NCBI RefSeq assembly: GCF_009914755.1
Contig: NC_060947.1
Source: the human T2T-CHM13v2.0 reference genome, Homo sapiens
Direction: 5' to 3' (one strand)
DNA length: 64,000 nucleotides
Part shown: positions 27,701 through 40,532 of the stretch, piece by piece
Layout of the letters: each line of letters begins with the position of its first letter
Position numbering within the stretch: position 1 is the stretch's first letter
Made by a program: the position numbers and the translations under genes
Notes under the pieces: model-generated
Seen by the model: only the letters and a program-made list of their open reading frames with translations
What the model was told of the DNA's origin: nothing
Database searches by the model: none

Positions 27701-30700
27701 ATAAACTCAACTCACAGTGCTGAAGCCTTCTTTTGATAAAGCAGCTTTGAAACACTCTTTTTGTAGAATCTGCAAGTGGATATTTGGAGCGCTTTGAGGC
27801 CTATGGTGGAAAAGGAAATATCTTCACATAAAAACTAGACAGAAGCATTCTCCGAAACTACTTTGTGCTGTGTGCATTCAACTCGCAGAGTTGAATCTCT
27901 CTATTGATCTAGCATTTTTGAAACACTCTTTTTGTAGTATCTGCAAGTGTATTTTTTTTTCTGTTTGAGGCCTATGGTGGAAAAGGAAATATCTTCACAT
28001 AAAAACTAGACAGAAGCATTCTCCGAAACTTCTTTTTGCTGCATGCATTCAACTCGCAGAGTTGAATCTTTCTATTGATGGAGCAGTTTTGAAACACTCT
28101 TTTTGTAGTATCTGCAAGTGTATATTTTTTTCCTTTTGAAGCCTACGTTGGAAAACGAAATATCTTGAAATAAAACTAGACAATAGCCTTCTCAGCAACT
28201 GCTTTCCGATGTGTGCATTTAACTCAGAGAGTTGAACATTTCGTTTGATAGAGCAGTTTTGAACCACTCTTTTCGCAGTATAAGCAGGTGAATATTTGGA
28301 ACGCTTTGAGCCTTATGGTGGAAAAGGAAATATCTTCACATTAAAACTAGAGAGAAGAAGTCTCAGAAACTTCTTTGTGATGTGTGCACTCAACTCAATG
28401 TTTTGAACCTTTCCTTTGTTAGAGTACTTGTGAAACACTCTTTTTGCAGAATCTGCAAGTGGATATTTGGAGTGCTTTTAAGACTATGTGGTAAAGGAAA
28501 TATCTTCACATAAAAACTAGTCAGAAGCATTCTCCGAAACTTCTTTTTGATGTGAGCATTCAACTCACAGATTTGAACATTTCTTTTGATAGGGCAGTTT
28601 AGAAACACTCTTTTTGTAGAATCTACAAGAGGATATATGGTTCCCTTAGAGGACTCTGGTGAAAAAGGAAATATCTTCACATAAAAACTAAACACAAGCT
28701 TTCTCATATACTTCTTGGTGATGTGTGCATTGAACTCACAGTGTTGATCCTTTTTTTATAGAGAAGTTTTGAAACACTCTTTTTGAGGTATCTTCACGTG
28801 GATATTTGGAACGCTTTGAGCCCTACTGTGGAAAAGGAAACATCTTCACATAAAAACTGGAGAGAAGCATTCTCGGAAACTTCTTTGTGATGTGTGCATT
28901 CAACTCACAGAGTTGAAACTTTCTTTTGATAGAGCAGATTTGTAACACTCTTTTTGTAGAATCTGCAAGTGCATATTTGGAGCACTTTGAGGCCTATGGT
29001 GGAAAAGGAAAGATCTTCACATAAAAACTAGACAGAAGCACTCTCAGAAACTTCTTTGTCATGTGTGCATTCAACTCAGAGTTGAAACTTTCCTGTTATA
29101 CAGCAGTTTTGTAACACTCTTTTTGTAGAATCTGCAAGTGCATAGTTGGAGCACTTTGAGGCCTATGGTGGAAAACGAAATAACTTCATATAAAAACTAG
29201 ACAGAAGCATTCTTTCAAATTTCTTTGTGATGTGTGCATTCAACTCACAGAGTTGAACCTTTCTTTTGATAGAGCAGTTTTGAAACATTCCTTTTGTAGA
29301 ATCTGCGAGTGGATATTTACAGTGCTTTAAGGCCTATAATGGAAAAAGAAACATCTTCATATAAAAACTAGAAGAAGCATTCTCAGAAAACACTTTGTGA
29401 TGTGTGCATTCAACTCATAGTGTTGAACCTTTCTTTGGATAGAGCAGTTTTGAAACACTCTTTTTGTAGAATGTACAAGTGGATATTTTGTTCCCTCTGA
29501 GGCCTATGTTGGAAAACGAAATATCTTCCCATAAAAACTAGACAGAAGCATTCTCCGAAACTTCCTTGTGATGAGTGCATTCAACTCACAGAGTTGAACC
29601 TTTCTTGTGGTAGAGCAGTTTTGAAATACTCTTTTTGTAGAATCTGCAAGTGGATATTTGGAGCGCTTTAAGGCCCATGGTGGAAAAGGAAATATCTTCA
29701 AATAAAAACCAGGCAGAAACATTCTCAGAAACTTCTTTGTGATGTGTGCATTCAACTCACAGTGTTGGAACTTTCTTTTGATAGAGCAGTTTTGAGACAC
29801 TCTTTTTGTAGGATCTGCATGTGGATATTTGGAGTGCATTGAGGCCTATGGTCGAAAAGGATATGTATTAGCATAAAAACTAGACAGAAGCATTCTCCGA
29901 AACTTATTGATGATGTGTGCATTCAACTCAATTAGTTGAACCTTTCTTTTGATAGAGCAGTTTGAGTCACTCTTATTGTAGAATCTGCAGGTGGATATTT
30001 AGTTCCCTTTGAGGCCTATGTTACAAAACGTAATATCTTCACATAAAAAATAGACAGAAGCATTCTCAGAAACTGCTTTGGGATGAGTGCGTTGAATTCA
30101 GAGAGTTGAACCTTTCTTTTGGTAGAGCAGTTTTGAAACACTCTGCTTGTAGAATCTGCAAGTGGATATTTGGAGAGCTTTGAGACCTATGCTGGAAAAG
30201 GACATATATCACATGAAAACTAGACAGAAGCGTTCTCCGAAAATTCTTTGTGCTGCGTGCATTCAACTCACAGTGTTGAAACTTTCTTTTGATAGAGCAG
30301 GTTTGAAAGTCTCTTTTTGTAGAATTTGCAATGGATATTTTGTTCCCTTTGAGGCCTATGTTGGAAAACGAAATAACTTCCCTCAAAAACTAGACAGAAG
30401 CATTCTCCAAAACTTCTTTGTGATGTTTGCATTCAACTCACAAATTTGAAACTTTCTTTTGATAGAGCAGTTTTGAAACACTCTTTTTGTTGTATCTGCA
30501 AGGGGATATTTTGTTCCCTTTGGGGCCGATTTTGGAAAACGAAATATCTTCCCATAAAAACTAGAAAAAAGCATTCCGCGAAACTTCTTTGTGGTGTGTG
30601 CATTCAACTTACAAAGTTAGTACTTTCTTTTGATAGAGCAGTTTTGAAACAGTCTTTTTGTAGAATCTGCAAGGGGATATATCGTTTCCTTTGAGGCCTA

Positions 30701-33700
30701 TAATGGAATACGAAATATCTTCACATAAAAAGTAGACAGAAGTGTTCTCAGAAACTTCTTTGAGATGTGTGCATTCAACTCACAGAGTTGAACTTTCCTT
30801 TTGATAGAGCAGTTTTGAAGCACTCTTTTTGTAGTATCTGCAAGTGGATTTTTGCAGCACTTTAAGGCCTATGGTGGAAAAGGAAATATCTTCACTATAA
30901 AACTGGACAGAAGCATTCTCCGAAACATTTTGTGATGTGCGAATTCAACTCAGAGTTGAACCTTTCCTGTTATACAGTACTTTGGAACATTCTTTTTGTA
31001 GAATCTGCGAGTGGATATTTGCAGTGCTTTAAGGCCTATTGTGGAAGATGAAATATCTTCACATAAAAACTAGACAGAAGCATTCTCAGAAAATTCTTTG
31101 TGATGTGTACATTCACCTCACAGTGTTGAACCTTTCTTTTGATAGAGCAGTTTTGAAACACTCTTTTGTAGAATCTGCAAGTGGATATTTGGAGCGCTTT
31201 GAGGCCTATGGTGGAAAAGGAAATATCTTCACATAAAAACTAGACAGAAGCATTCTCCAAAACTTCTTTGTGATGTGTGCATTCAACTCACACAGTTGAA
31301 CCTTTCTTTTGATGGAGGAGTTTTGAAATGCTCTTTTTGTAGAATCTGCAAGTGGATATTTGGAACGCTTTGAGACCAGTATTGGAAAACGAAATGTCTT
31401 CACATAAAAACTAGACAGAAGCATTCTCCGAAACTGCTTTGTGATTTGCGCATTCACCTCACAGACTTGAACCTTTCCTTTGATAGAGCAGTTTTGAAAC
31501 AGTCTTTTTGCAGAATCTGCAAGTGGTATTTGGATCGGTTTGAGGCCTATGGTGGAAAAGGAAATATCTTCACATAAAAACTAGACAGAAGTATTCTCCA
31601 ACACACCTTTGTGATGTGCGCATTCAACTCACACAGTTGAATTTTTCTTTTGATAGAGCAGTTTTGAAACAGTCTTTTTGAAGAATCTGCAAGTGGATAT
31701 TTGGTTCCCTTTGAGGCTAATGTTGGAAAACGAAATATCTTCACATAAAAACTAGCAGAAACATTCTCATAAACTGCTTTGTGATGTGCACATTCAACTC
31801 ACAGAGATGCACATTTCTTTTGATAGAGCACTTTTGAATCACTCTTTTGGTAGAATCTGCAAGTGGATATTTGGAGCGCTTTGAGGCCTATATTGGAAAA
31901 CGAAATGTATTCCCATAAAAACTAGACAGAAGCATTCTCACAAACTGCTTTGTTATTTGTGCATTCAACTCACAGATTTGAAAATTTCTTTTGATAGAGC
32001 AGTTTTCAAACACCCTTTTTGTAGAATCTACAAGTGGATATTTTGTTCCCTTTGAGGCCTATTTTGGAAAACGAAATATCTTAACATAAAAACTAGACAA
32101 AAGCATTCCCTGATACTTTTTTTGCTGTTTGCATTCAACTTACAGAGTTAGAACGTTCTTTTGATAGAGCAGTTTTGAAACACTCTTTTTGTAGTATCTG
32201 CAAGGGGATATTTGGTTTCCTTTGAGGCCTATGTTGGAATACGAAATATCTTCACATAAAAACTAGACAGAAGCATTCTCAGAAACTCCTTTGTCATGTG
32301 TGCAATCAACTCACAGAGTTGAACCTTAATTTTTTAGAGCAGTTTTGAAACACTCTTTTTGCAAAATCTGCAAGTGGATATTTGGAACGCTTTGAGGCCT
32401 ATGGTGGAAAAGGAAATATCTTCACATAAAAACTAGACAGAAGCATTCTCCAAAACACGTTTGTGATTAGTGCATTCAACTCACACAGTTGAACCTTTCT
32501 TTTGATAGAGGATTTTTGAAACACTCTTTTTGTAGAACCTGCAAGTGGATATTTTGAGCACCTTGAGGCCAATGGTGGAAAAGGAAATATCTTCACATAG
32601 AAACTACACAGAAGCATTCTCAGAATCTTCCCTGGATGTATGCATTCTGCTCACAGAGTTGAACCACGCTTTTGATAGAGCAGTTTTTAAACACTCTTTT
32701 TGTATAATCTGCAAGTAGATATTTTGAGCACTTTGAGGTCTATGGTTTAAAAGGAAATATCTTCACATAAAAACTAGACAGAAGCATTCTCTGAAACTTC
32801 TTTCTGATGTGTTCTTTCAACTCACAGAGTTGAACCTTTCTGTTGATAGAGCAGTTTTGAAACACTCTTTTGTAAAATCTGCAAGTGGATATTTGGAGCG
32901 CTTTGAGGCCTGTGGTGGAAAAGGAAAATCTTCAAATAAAAACTAGATAAAAGCATTCTCGGAAACCTCTTTGTGATGTGTGCATTCAACTCACAGAGTT
33001 GAACTTTCCTTTTGATAGAGCAGTTATGAAACACTCTTTCTTTAGAATCTACAGGTGGATATTTTCTTTCCATTGAGGCCTATGTAGGAAAACGAAATAT
33101 CTTCATATAAAAACTACACAGAAGCCTTCTCAGAAACTTCTTTGTGATGAGTGTATTCAACTCACAGAGTTGACCATTTCATTTGATAGAGCAGTTTTGA
33201 AACACACTTTTTGTAGAATCTGCAAGTGGATATTTGGAGCGCTTTGAGGCCTATGGTGGAAAAGGAAATATCTTCATATAAAAACCAGACAGAAGCATTC
33301 TCAAAAACTTATTTGTGATGTATGGATTGAACTCACAGAGTTGCACATTTCTTTTGATAGAGCAGTTTTGAAACACTCTTTTTGTAGAATCTGCAAGTGG
33401 ATATTTGTAGCGCTTTGAGGCCTATGTAGGAAAATGAAATATCTTCATATTAAAACTAGACAGAAGCCTTCTCAGAAACTTCTTTGTGATGTGTGTATTC
33501 AACTCACAGAATTGAACGTTTCTTTTGTTAGAGCAGTTTTAAAACACACTTTTTGTTGAATCTGCAACTGGATACTTGGAGCGCTCTGAGGCTTATGGTG
33601 GAAAAAGAAATATCTTTACATAAAAACTAGACAGAAGCATTCTCAGAAACTTCTTCATGATGTGTGCTTTCAACTCACAGAGTTGAACATTTCTTTTTAG

Positions 33701-36700
33701 AGAGCAGTTTTGAAACATTCTTTTTGTAGAATCTGTAAGTGGATATTTGGATCGCTTTGAGACCTATGGTGGAAAACGAAATATCTTCCCATAAAAACTA
33801 GACAAAAGCGTTCCCCGAAACTTCTTTGTAATGTGTGTGTTCAACTTGCAGAGTTAGAAAGCTCTTTTGATAAAGCAGTTTTGAAACACTCTTTTTGTAG
33901 GATCTGCCAGGGAATATTTGGTTTTCTTTGAGGCCAATGTTGGAATACGAAATATCTTCACTTAAAAACTAGACAGAAGCATTCTCAGATACTCCTTTGT
34001 CATGTGTGCATTCAACTCACAGAGTTGAACCTTTCTTTTTTTAGAGCCGTTTTGAAACACTGCTTTTGTAGAATCTGCAAGTGGATATTTGGAGCACTTT
34101 GTGGCCTATATTGGAAAACCAAATGTCTTCACATAAAAACTAGACAGAAACATTCTCAGAAACTGCATTGTGATTTGTGCATTTAACTCACAGAGCTGAA
34201 CCTTTCTTTTGATAGAGCAGTTTTGAAAACTCTTTTTGTAGAATCTGTTACTGGATATTTGGATTGCCTTGAGGCCTATGGTGTAAAAGAAAATATCTTC
34301 ACATAAAAACTAGACAGAAGCGTTCTCCGAAACTTCTTTGTGATGTGTGCATTGAACTCACAGAGTTGAGCCTTTCTTTTGATAGAGCAGTTTTGAAACA
34401 CTCTTTTTATAGAATCTACAAGTGGATATTTGGAGCGTCTTGAGGCCTCTGGTGGAAAAGGAAATATCTTCTCATAAAAACTATACAGAAGCATTCTCAG
34501 AAACTTCCTTGGATGTGTGCATTCTGCTCACAGAGTTGAACCATGCTTTTGGTAGAGCAGTTTTGAAACACTCTTTTTGTAGAATCTGCAAGTGGTATTT
34601 GGAGAGCTTTGAGGCCTATGGTGGAAAAGGAAATATCTTCACATAAAAACTAGAAAGTAGCATTCTCTGAAACTTCTTTGTGATTTGTGCATTCAACTCA
34701 CAGAGTTGAACAGTTTTGTTAGAGCAGTTTTGATACACTCTTTTTGTAGAATTTGCAAGTGGATATTTGGTTCCCTTTGATGCCTTTTTTTTGGAAAATG
34801 AAATAGTTTACCATAAAATCTAGACAGAAGCAGTTTCAGAAACTTCTTTGTGATGTGTGCATTCAACGCACAGAGTTGAAACTTTCTTTTGTTAGAGCAG
34901 TTTTGAAACACTCTTTTTGTAGAATCTGTAAGTGGATATTTGGAGCACTTGGAGGCCTATGTTGGAAAACGAAGTATCTTCACATAAAAACTAGACAGAA
35001 ACATTCTCTGAAACTTCTTTTTGATGTGTGCATACAACTCATAGAGTTGACCCTTTCTTTTGATAGAGCAGTTTTGAGACACTCTTCTTGTAGAATGTAC
35101 AAGTGGATATTTGGTTCCCTTTGATGCCTATGTTGGAAAAAGAAATATCTTCACATAAAAACTAGACAGAGGCATTCACAGAATCTTCTTTGTGATGTGT
35201 GCATTCAACTCACAGGTTTGAACCTCTCTGTTGGTAGAGCAGTTTAGAAACACTCTTTTTGTAGAATGTGCAAGGGGATATTTTGTTCCCTTTGAGGCCT
35301 ATGGTGAAAAAGGAAATATCTTCACATAAAAACTAGGCACAAGTATTCTCAGAAACCTCTGTGCTGTGTGCATTCAAGTCTCGGAGTTTAACGTTTCTTT
35401 TGATTGATAGAGCAGTTTTGAAACACTCTTTTTATAGAATATGCAAGGGGATATTTTGTTCCCTTTGAGGCCTACATTGGAAAACGAAATATCTTCACAT
35501 AAAAACTACACAGAAGCATTCTCAGAAGCTTCTTTGTGATGTGTGTATTCAACTAACAGAGATGAACCTTTCTTTAGAGAGAGCAGTTTTGAAACATGCT
35601 TTTTTTTGAATCTGCAATTGGATATTTGGAGCGATTTAAGGCCAATGGTTTAAAGGGAAATATCTTCCCATAAAAACTAGACAGAAGCATTCTCCGAAAC
35701 TTGACTATTATGTGTACATTCAACTCACAGAGTTGAACTTTTCTTTTGATAGAGCGGTTTTGAAACACACTTTTTGTAGAATCTGCAAGTGGATATTTCG
35801 TTCTCTTTGAGGCCTGTGTTTGAAAAACGAAATATCTTCACATAAAAACTAGACAAAAGCATTCTCCGAAAGTTCTTTGTGATGTGTGCATTCAACTCAC
35901 ATAATTGAAACTTTCTTTTGATACAGCAGTTTTCAAACACTCTTTTTATAGAATCTGCAAGTGGATATTTGGTTCCCTTTGAGGCTTATGTTATAAAATG
36001 TAATATCTTCACACAAAAATTAGACAGAAGCAATCTCTGAAACAGCTTGGTGATGTGTGCATTCAACTCACATAGTTGAAACTTTCTTTTGATAGAGGAG
36101 GTTTGGAACACTCTTTTTGTACAATGGGCAAGTGGATATTTTACTCACGTTGGGGCATATGGTGTTAAAGGAAATATCTTCACATAAAGAGTAGACAGAC
36201 GCATTCTCCGAAACTTCTTTGTGATGTGTGCATTCAACTCACAGAGTTCAACCTTTCTTTTGATAGAGCAGTTTTGAAGCACTCTTTTTGTAGAATCTGC
36301 AACTGGACATTTGGAGCGCTTTGAGGCCTATGGTGTAAAAGGAAATATCTTCACAAAAAAACTAGACAGAAGCATTCTCTGAAACTTCTTTGTCATGTGC
36401 GCATTCAACTCACAGAGTTGAACCTTTCATTTGATAGAGCAGTTTTGAAACACTCTTCTTGTAGTATCTGCAAGTGGATATTTGTATCCCTTAGAGGCCT
36501 ATGTTGGCAAACGAAATATCTTCTCTTAAAAAGTAGACAAAAGCATTCTGAGAAGCGTCTTTGTGATGTGTGCATTCAACTCACAGAGTTGAACCTTTCT
36601 TTTGATAGAGCAGTTTTGTAACATCATTTTGTAGGATCTGCAAGTGGATATTTGGAGCGCTTTGAGGCCTATGGTGGTAAAGGAAATATCTTCACATAAA

Positions 36701-36950
36701 AAGTAGACAGAAGCATTCTCAAAAACTTCCTTGTGATGTGTGCATTCAACTCACAGAGTTGAACCATTCTTTTCATAGAGCAGTTTTGAAACACTCCTTT
36801 TGTAGGATCTGCCAGAGGATATTTGGAGCGCTTTGAGGCCTATGGTGGAAAAGGAAATATCTTCACATAGAAAATAGACAGAAGCATTCTCACAAACTTC
36901 CTTGTGATGTGTGCATTCACCTCACAGAGTTGAACAATTCTTTTCATAGA
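24750..36950 (+). repeat. CENP-B-box-free block 1 with 'TTCCC'-variant monomers
   Basis: Recurrent CAAGGGGATATTTTGTTCCCTTTGAGGCCTATGTTGGAAAACGAAAT and CATTCTCCGAAAC variants are mixed with plain A monomers. No TTCG…CGGG motif is present. Confidence 0.75.
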
Positions 36951-37184
36951 GCAGCTTTGAAGCTCTCTTTTTGTAGAACCTGCAAGTGGACATTTCAGGC
37001 GCTTTAAGGCCTGTGGTGGAAAAGGAAATATCTTCTTCATATAAAAACTAGACGGAAGCATTCTCAGAAACTACTTTGTGATGTTTGTATTCCACTCACA
37101 GAGTTGAACATTCCTTTTGGTAGAGCAGTTTTGAAACACTCTTTTTGTAGACTCTGCAAGTGGCTATTTGGAGCGCTTTGAGGT

Positions 37185-37201
37185 CTTCGGTGGAAACGGG
37201 A
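37185..37201 (+). promoter_or_regulatory. CENP-B box (intact)
   Basis: CTTCGGTGGAAACGGGA. Confidence 0.9.
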
Positions 37202-40200
37202 ATGTCTTCACATAAAAACTAGCAGAAGCATTCTCAGAAACTTCTTTGTGGTGTGTGCATTCAACTCACAGAGTTGAAACTTTCTTTTGATAGAGCCGTT
37301 TTGAAACAATCTTTTTGTAGAATTTGAAAGTGAACTTTAGGAGGGTTTTGAAGCCTTTTGTGGAAAAGGAAATATCTTCATATAAAAACTAGACAGAAGC
37401 ATTCTCAGAAACTACTTTGTGATGTTTGCATTCAACTCACAGAGTTGACCATTACTTTTTATAGAGCACTTTTGAAGCACTCCTTTTGTAGAATCTGCAA
37501 GTGGATATTTGGACAGCTTTGAGGCCTTCAGTGGAAACGGGAATATCTTCATACAAAAACTAGACAGAAGCATTCTCAGAAACTACATGGTAATGTTTGC
37601 ATTCAAGTAACAGAGTTGAACCTTTCTTTTGTTAGAGCAGTTTTGAAACACTCTTTTTCTAAAATCTGCAAGTGTACATTTGGAGTGCTTTGATGCCTAT
37701 GTTGAAAAAGAAAATGTCTTCACATAAAAACTGGACACCAGCATTCTCAGGAACTTCTTTGTGATGTGTCCATTGATCTCAGAGAGTTGAGCCTTCCTTT
37801 TGACAGAGCAGTTTTGAACCACTCTTTTTGTAGAATCTGCAACTGGATATTTGGAGCGGTTTGTGGCCTATGGTAGGAAAGGAAATATCTTCATATAAAA
37901 ACTAGACAGAAGCATTCTCAGAAACTTCTTTGTTATGTGTGCAGTCATCTCACAGAGTTGAACCTTCCTTTTGATATAGCAGTTCTGAAAGACTCTTTTT
38001 GTAGAATCTGCAAGTGGATATTTGGAGCACTTTCAGGCCTTTGGTGCAAATGGGAATATATTCACATAAAAACTAGACAGAAGCATTCTCAGAAAGTTCT
38101 TTGTGATGTGTACATTCAACACACAATGTTGAACTTTCTTTTGATAGAGCAGTTTTGAAACACTCCTTTTGTAGAATCTGCAAGAGATCATTTGGAGCCC
38201 TTTGAGGCCTGTGGTGGAAAAGGAGATATCTTCACATAAAAGAAGACAGAAGCATTGTCAGAAACTTCTTTGTGATGTGTGCATTCAACTCATAGCGTTG
38301 AACTTTCTTTTGATAGAGCAGTTTTGAAACACTCTTTTTGTATAATCTGCAAGTGGACATTTGGAGCTCTTTGAGGCATGTGTTGGAAAAGGAGATATCT
38401 TCATATAAAAACTAGACAGAAGCATTCTCAGAAACTACTTTGTAATGTTTGCATTCAACTCACAGAGTTGAACATTCCTGTTGATAGAGCAGTTTTGAAA
38501 CACTCTTTTTGTAGAATATGCAAGTGGATAATTGGAGCCCTTTTAGGCCTGCGGTGGAAACGGGACTATCTTCACATAAAAACTAGACAGAAGGATTCTC
38601 AGAAACCATTTTGTGATATGTGCATTGAAGTCAGAGAGTTGAACCTTCCTTTTGATAGAGCAGTTTTGAAACACTCCTTTTGTAGAATCTGCAACTCTAT
38701 ATTTGGAGAGCTTTGAGGCCTACTAAGGTAGAAAAGAAAATATGTTCATATAAAAACTAGACAGAAGCATTCTCAGAAACTTCTTTGTGATGCCTGCATT
38801 CAACTCACATAGTGGAACCTTCCTTTTGATATAGCAGTTTTGAAACACTCTTTTTGTAGAATCTGCAAGTGGATAATTGGACGGCTTTGAGGCCTTCAGT
38901 GGGAAAGGGAATATCTTCACATAAAAACTAGACAGAAGCATTCCCAGAAACTGCTTTGTGATATGGGCATTCAACTCATAGAATTGAAACTTTCTTTTGA
39001 TAGAGCAGTTTTGAAGCATTCTTTTTGTTGAATCTGCAAGTGGACATTTGGAGCACTTTGAGGCCTGTGGTGGAAAAGGAGATATCTTCATATAAAAACT
39101 AGACAGAAGCATTCTCAGAAACTACCTTGTGATGTTTACATTCAACTCACAGAGTTGAACCTTCCTTTTCATATAAAAACTAGACAGAAGCATTCTCAGA
39201 AACTACTTTGTGATGTGTGCATTCAACTCACAGAGTTGAACCTTCCTTTTGATAGAGCCGTTTTGAAAGACTCTTTTTGTAGAATCTGCAAGTCTCTATT
39301 TGGAGCACTTTGAGGCCTACGGTGGAAACAGGGATATATTCATATAAAAACTAGACTGAAGCATTCTCAGAATCTTCGTTGTGATGTATGCATCCAACTC
39401 AGAGAATTGAACCTTCCTTTAAAAAGAGCAGTTTTGAAACACTGTTTTTTTATAATCTGGAAGTGGACATTTGGAGCCCTTTGATGCCTGTGTTGGAAAA
39501 GGAGATATCTTCATATAAAAGCTAGACAGAAGCATTCTGAGAAACTACTTGGTGATATTAGCATTCAACTCACAGAGTTGAACATTCCTTTTGATAGAGC
39601 AGTTTGGAAACACTCTTTTTGTAGAATCAGCAAGGGGATATTTGGAGCACTATGAGGCCTACAGTGGAAACTGGAATATCTTCCCATAAAAACTAGAAAG
39701 AAGCATTCTCAGAAACTTCTCTGTGTTGTGTGCATTGAACTCAGAGAGTTTAACCTTCCATTTCATAGAACAGTTTTGAAACACTCTTTTTGTATAATCT
39801 GCAACTGGATATTTGGAGTGCTTTGAGGCCTGCTGTGGTAGAAAATGAAATATCTTCATGTAAAAACTAGACAGAAGCATTCTCAGAAACTTCTTTCTGA
39901 TGCCTGCATTCAACTCACAGAGTTGAACCTTTCTTTTGATAGAGCAGTTTTGAAACACTCTTTTGCATAGTCTACAAGTGAACATTTCATGCACTTTGAT
40001 GCCTATGTTGAAAAGGGAAATATCTTCAGATAAAAACTAGTCAGAAGCATTCTCAGAAACTTCTTTGTGATGTGTGCATTCAACTCAGAGAGTCGAATCT
40101 TCCTTCTGATAGAGCAGTTTTGAAACACTCTTTTTGTGTGATCTGCAAGTGGATATTTGGACCACTTTTAGGCCTTCCGTGGAAACGGACGTATCTTCAC

Positions 40201-40344
40201 ATAAACACTAGACAGAAGCATTCTCAGAAGCTTCTTTGAGATGTGTGCATTCAACTCACAGAGTTGAAAATTTCTTTTGATAGAACAGTTTTGAAACTCT
40301 CTTTTTGCAGAATCTGCAAGTGGATATTTGGAGGACTTTGAGGC

Positions 40345-40361
40345 CTTCGGTGGAAACGGGA
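40345..40361 (+). promoter_or_regulatory. CENP-B box (intact)
   Basis: CTTCGGTGGAAACGGGA. Confidence 0.9.
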
Positions 40362-40515
40362 ATACCTTCACATAAAAACTAGACAGAAGCATTCTCAGAA
40401 AATTCTTTGTAATGTGTGCCTTCAACTCAGAGAGTTGAATCTTCGTTTTCATAGAGCAGTTTTGAAACACTCTTTTTGTAGAATCTGCAAGTGGATATTT
40501 GTACTGCTTTGAGGC

Positions 40516-40532
40516 CTTCGGTGGAAACGGGA
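40516..40532 (+). promoter_or_regulatory. CENP-B box (intact)
   Basis: CTTCGGTGGAAACGGGA. Confidence 0.9.
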
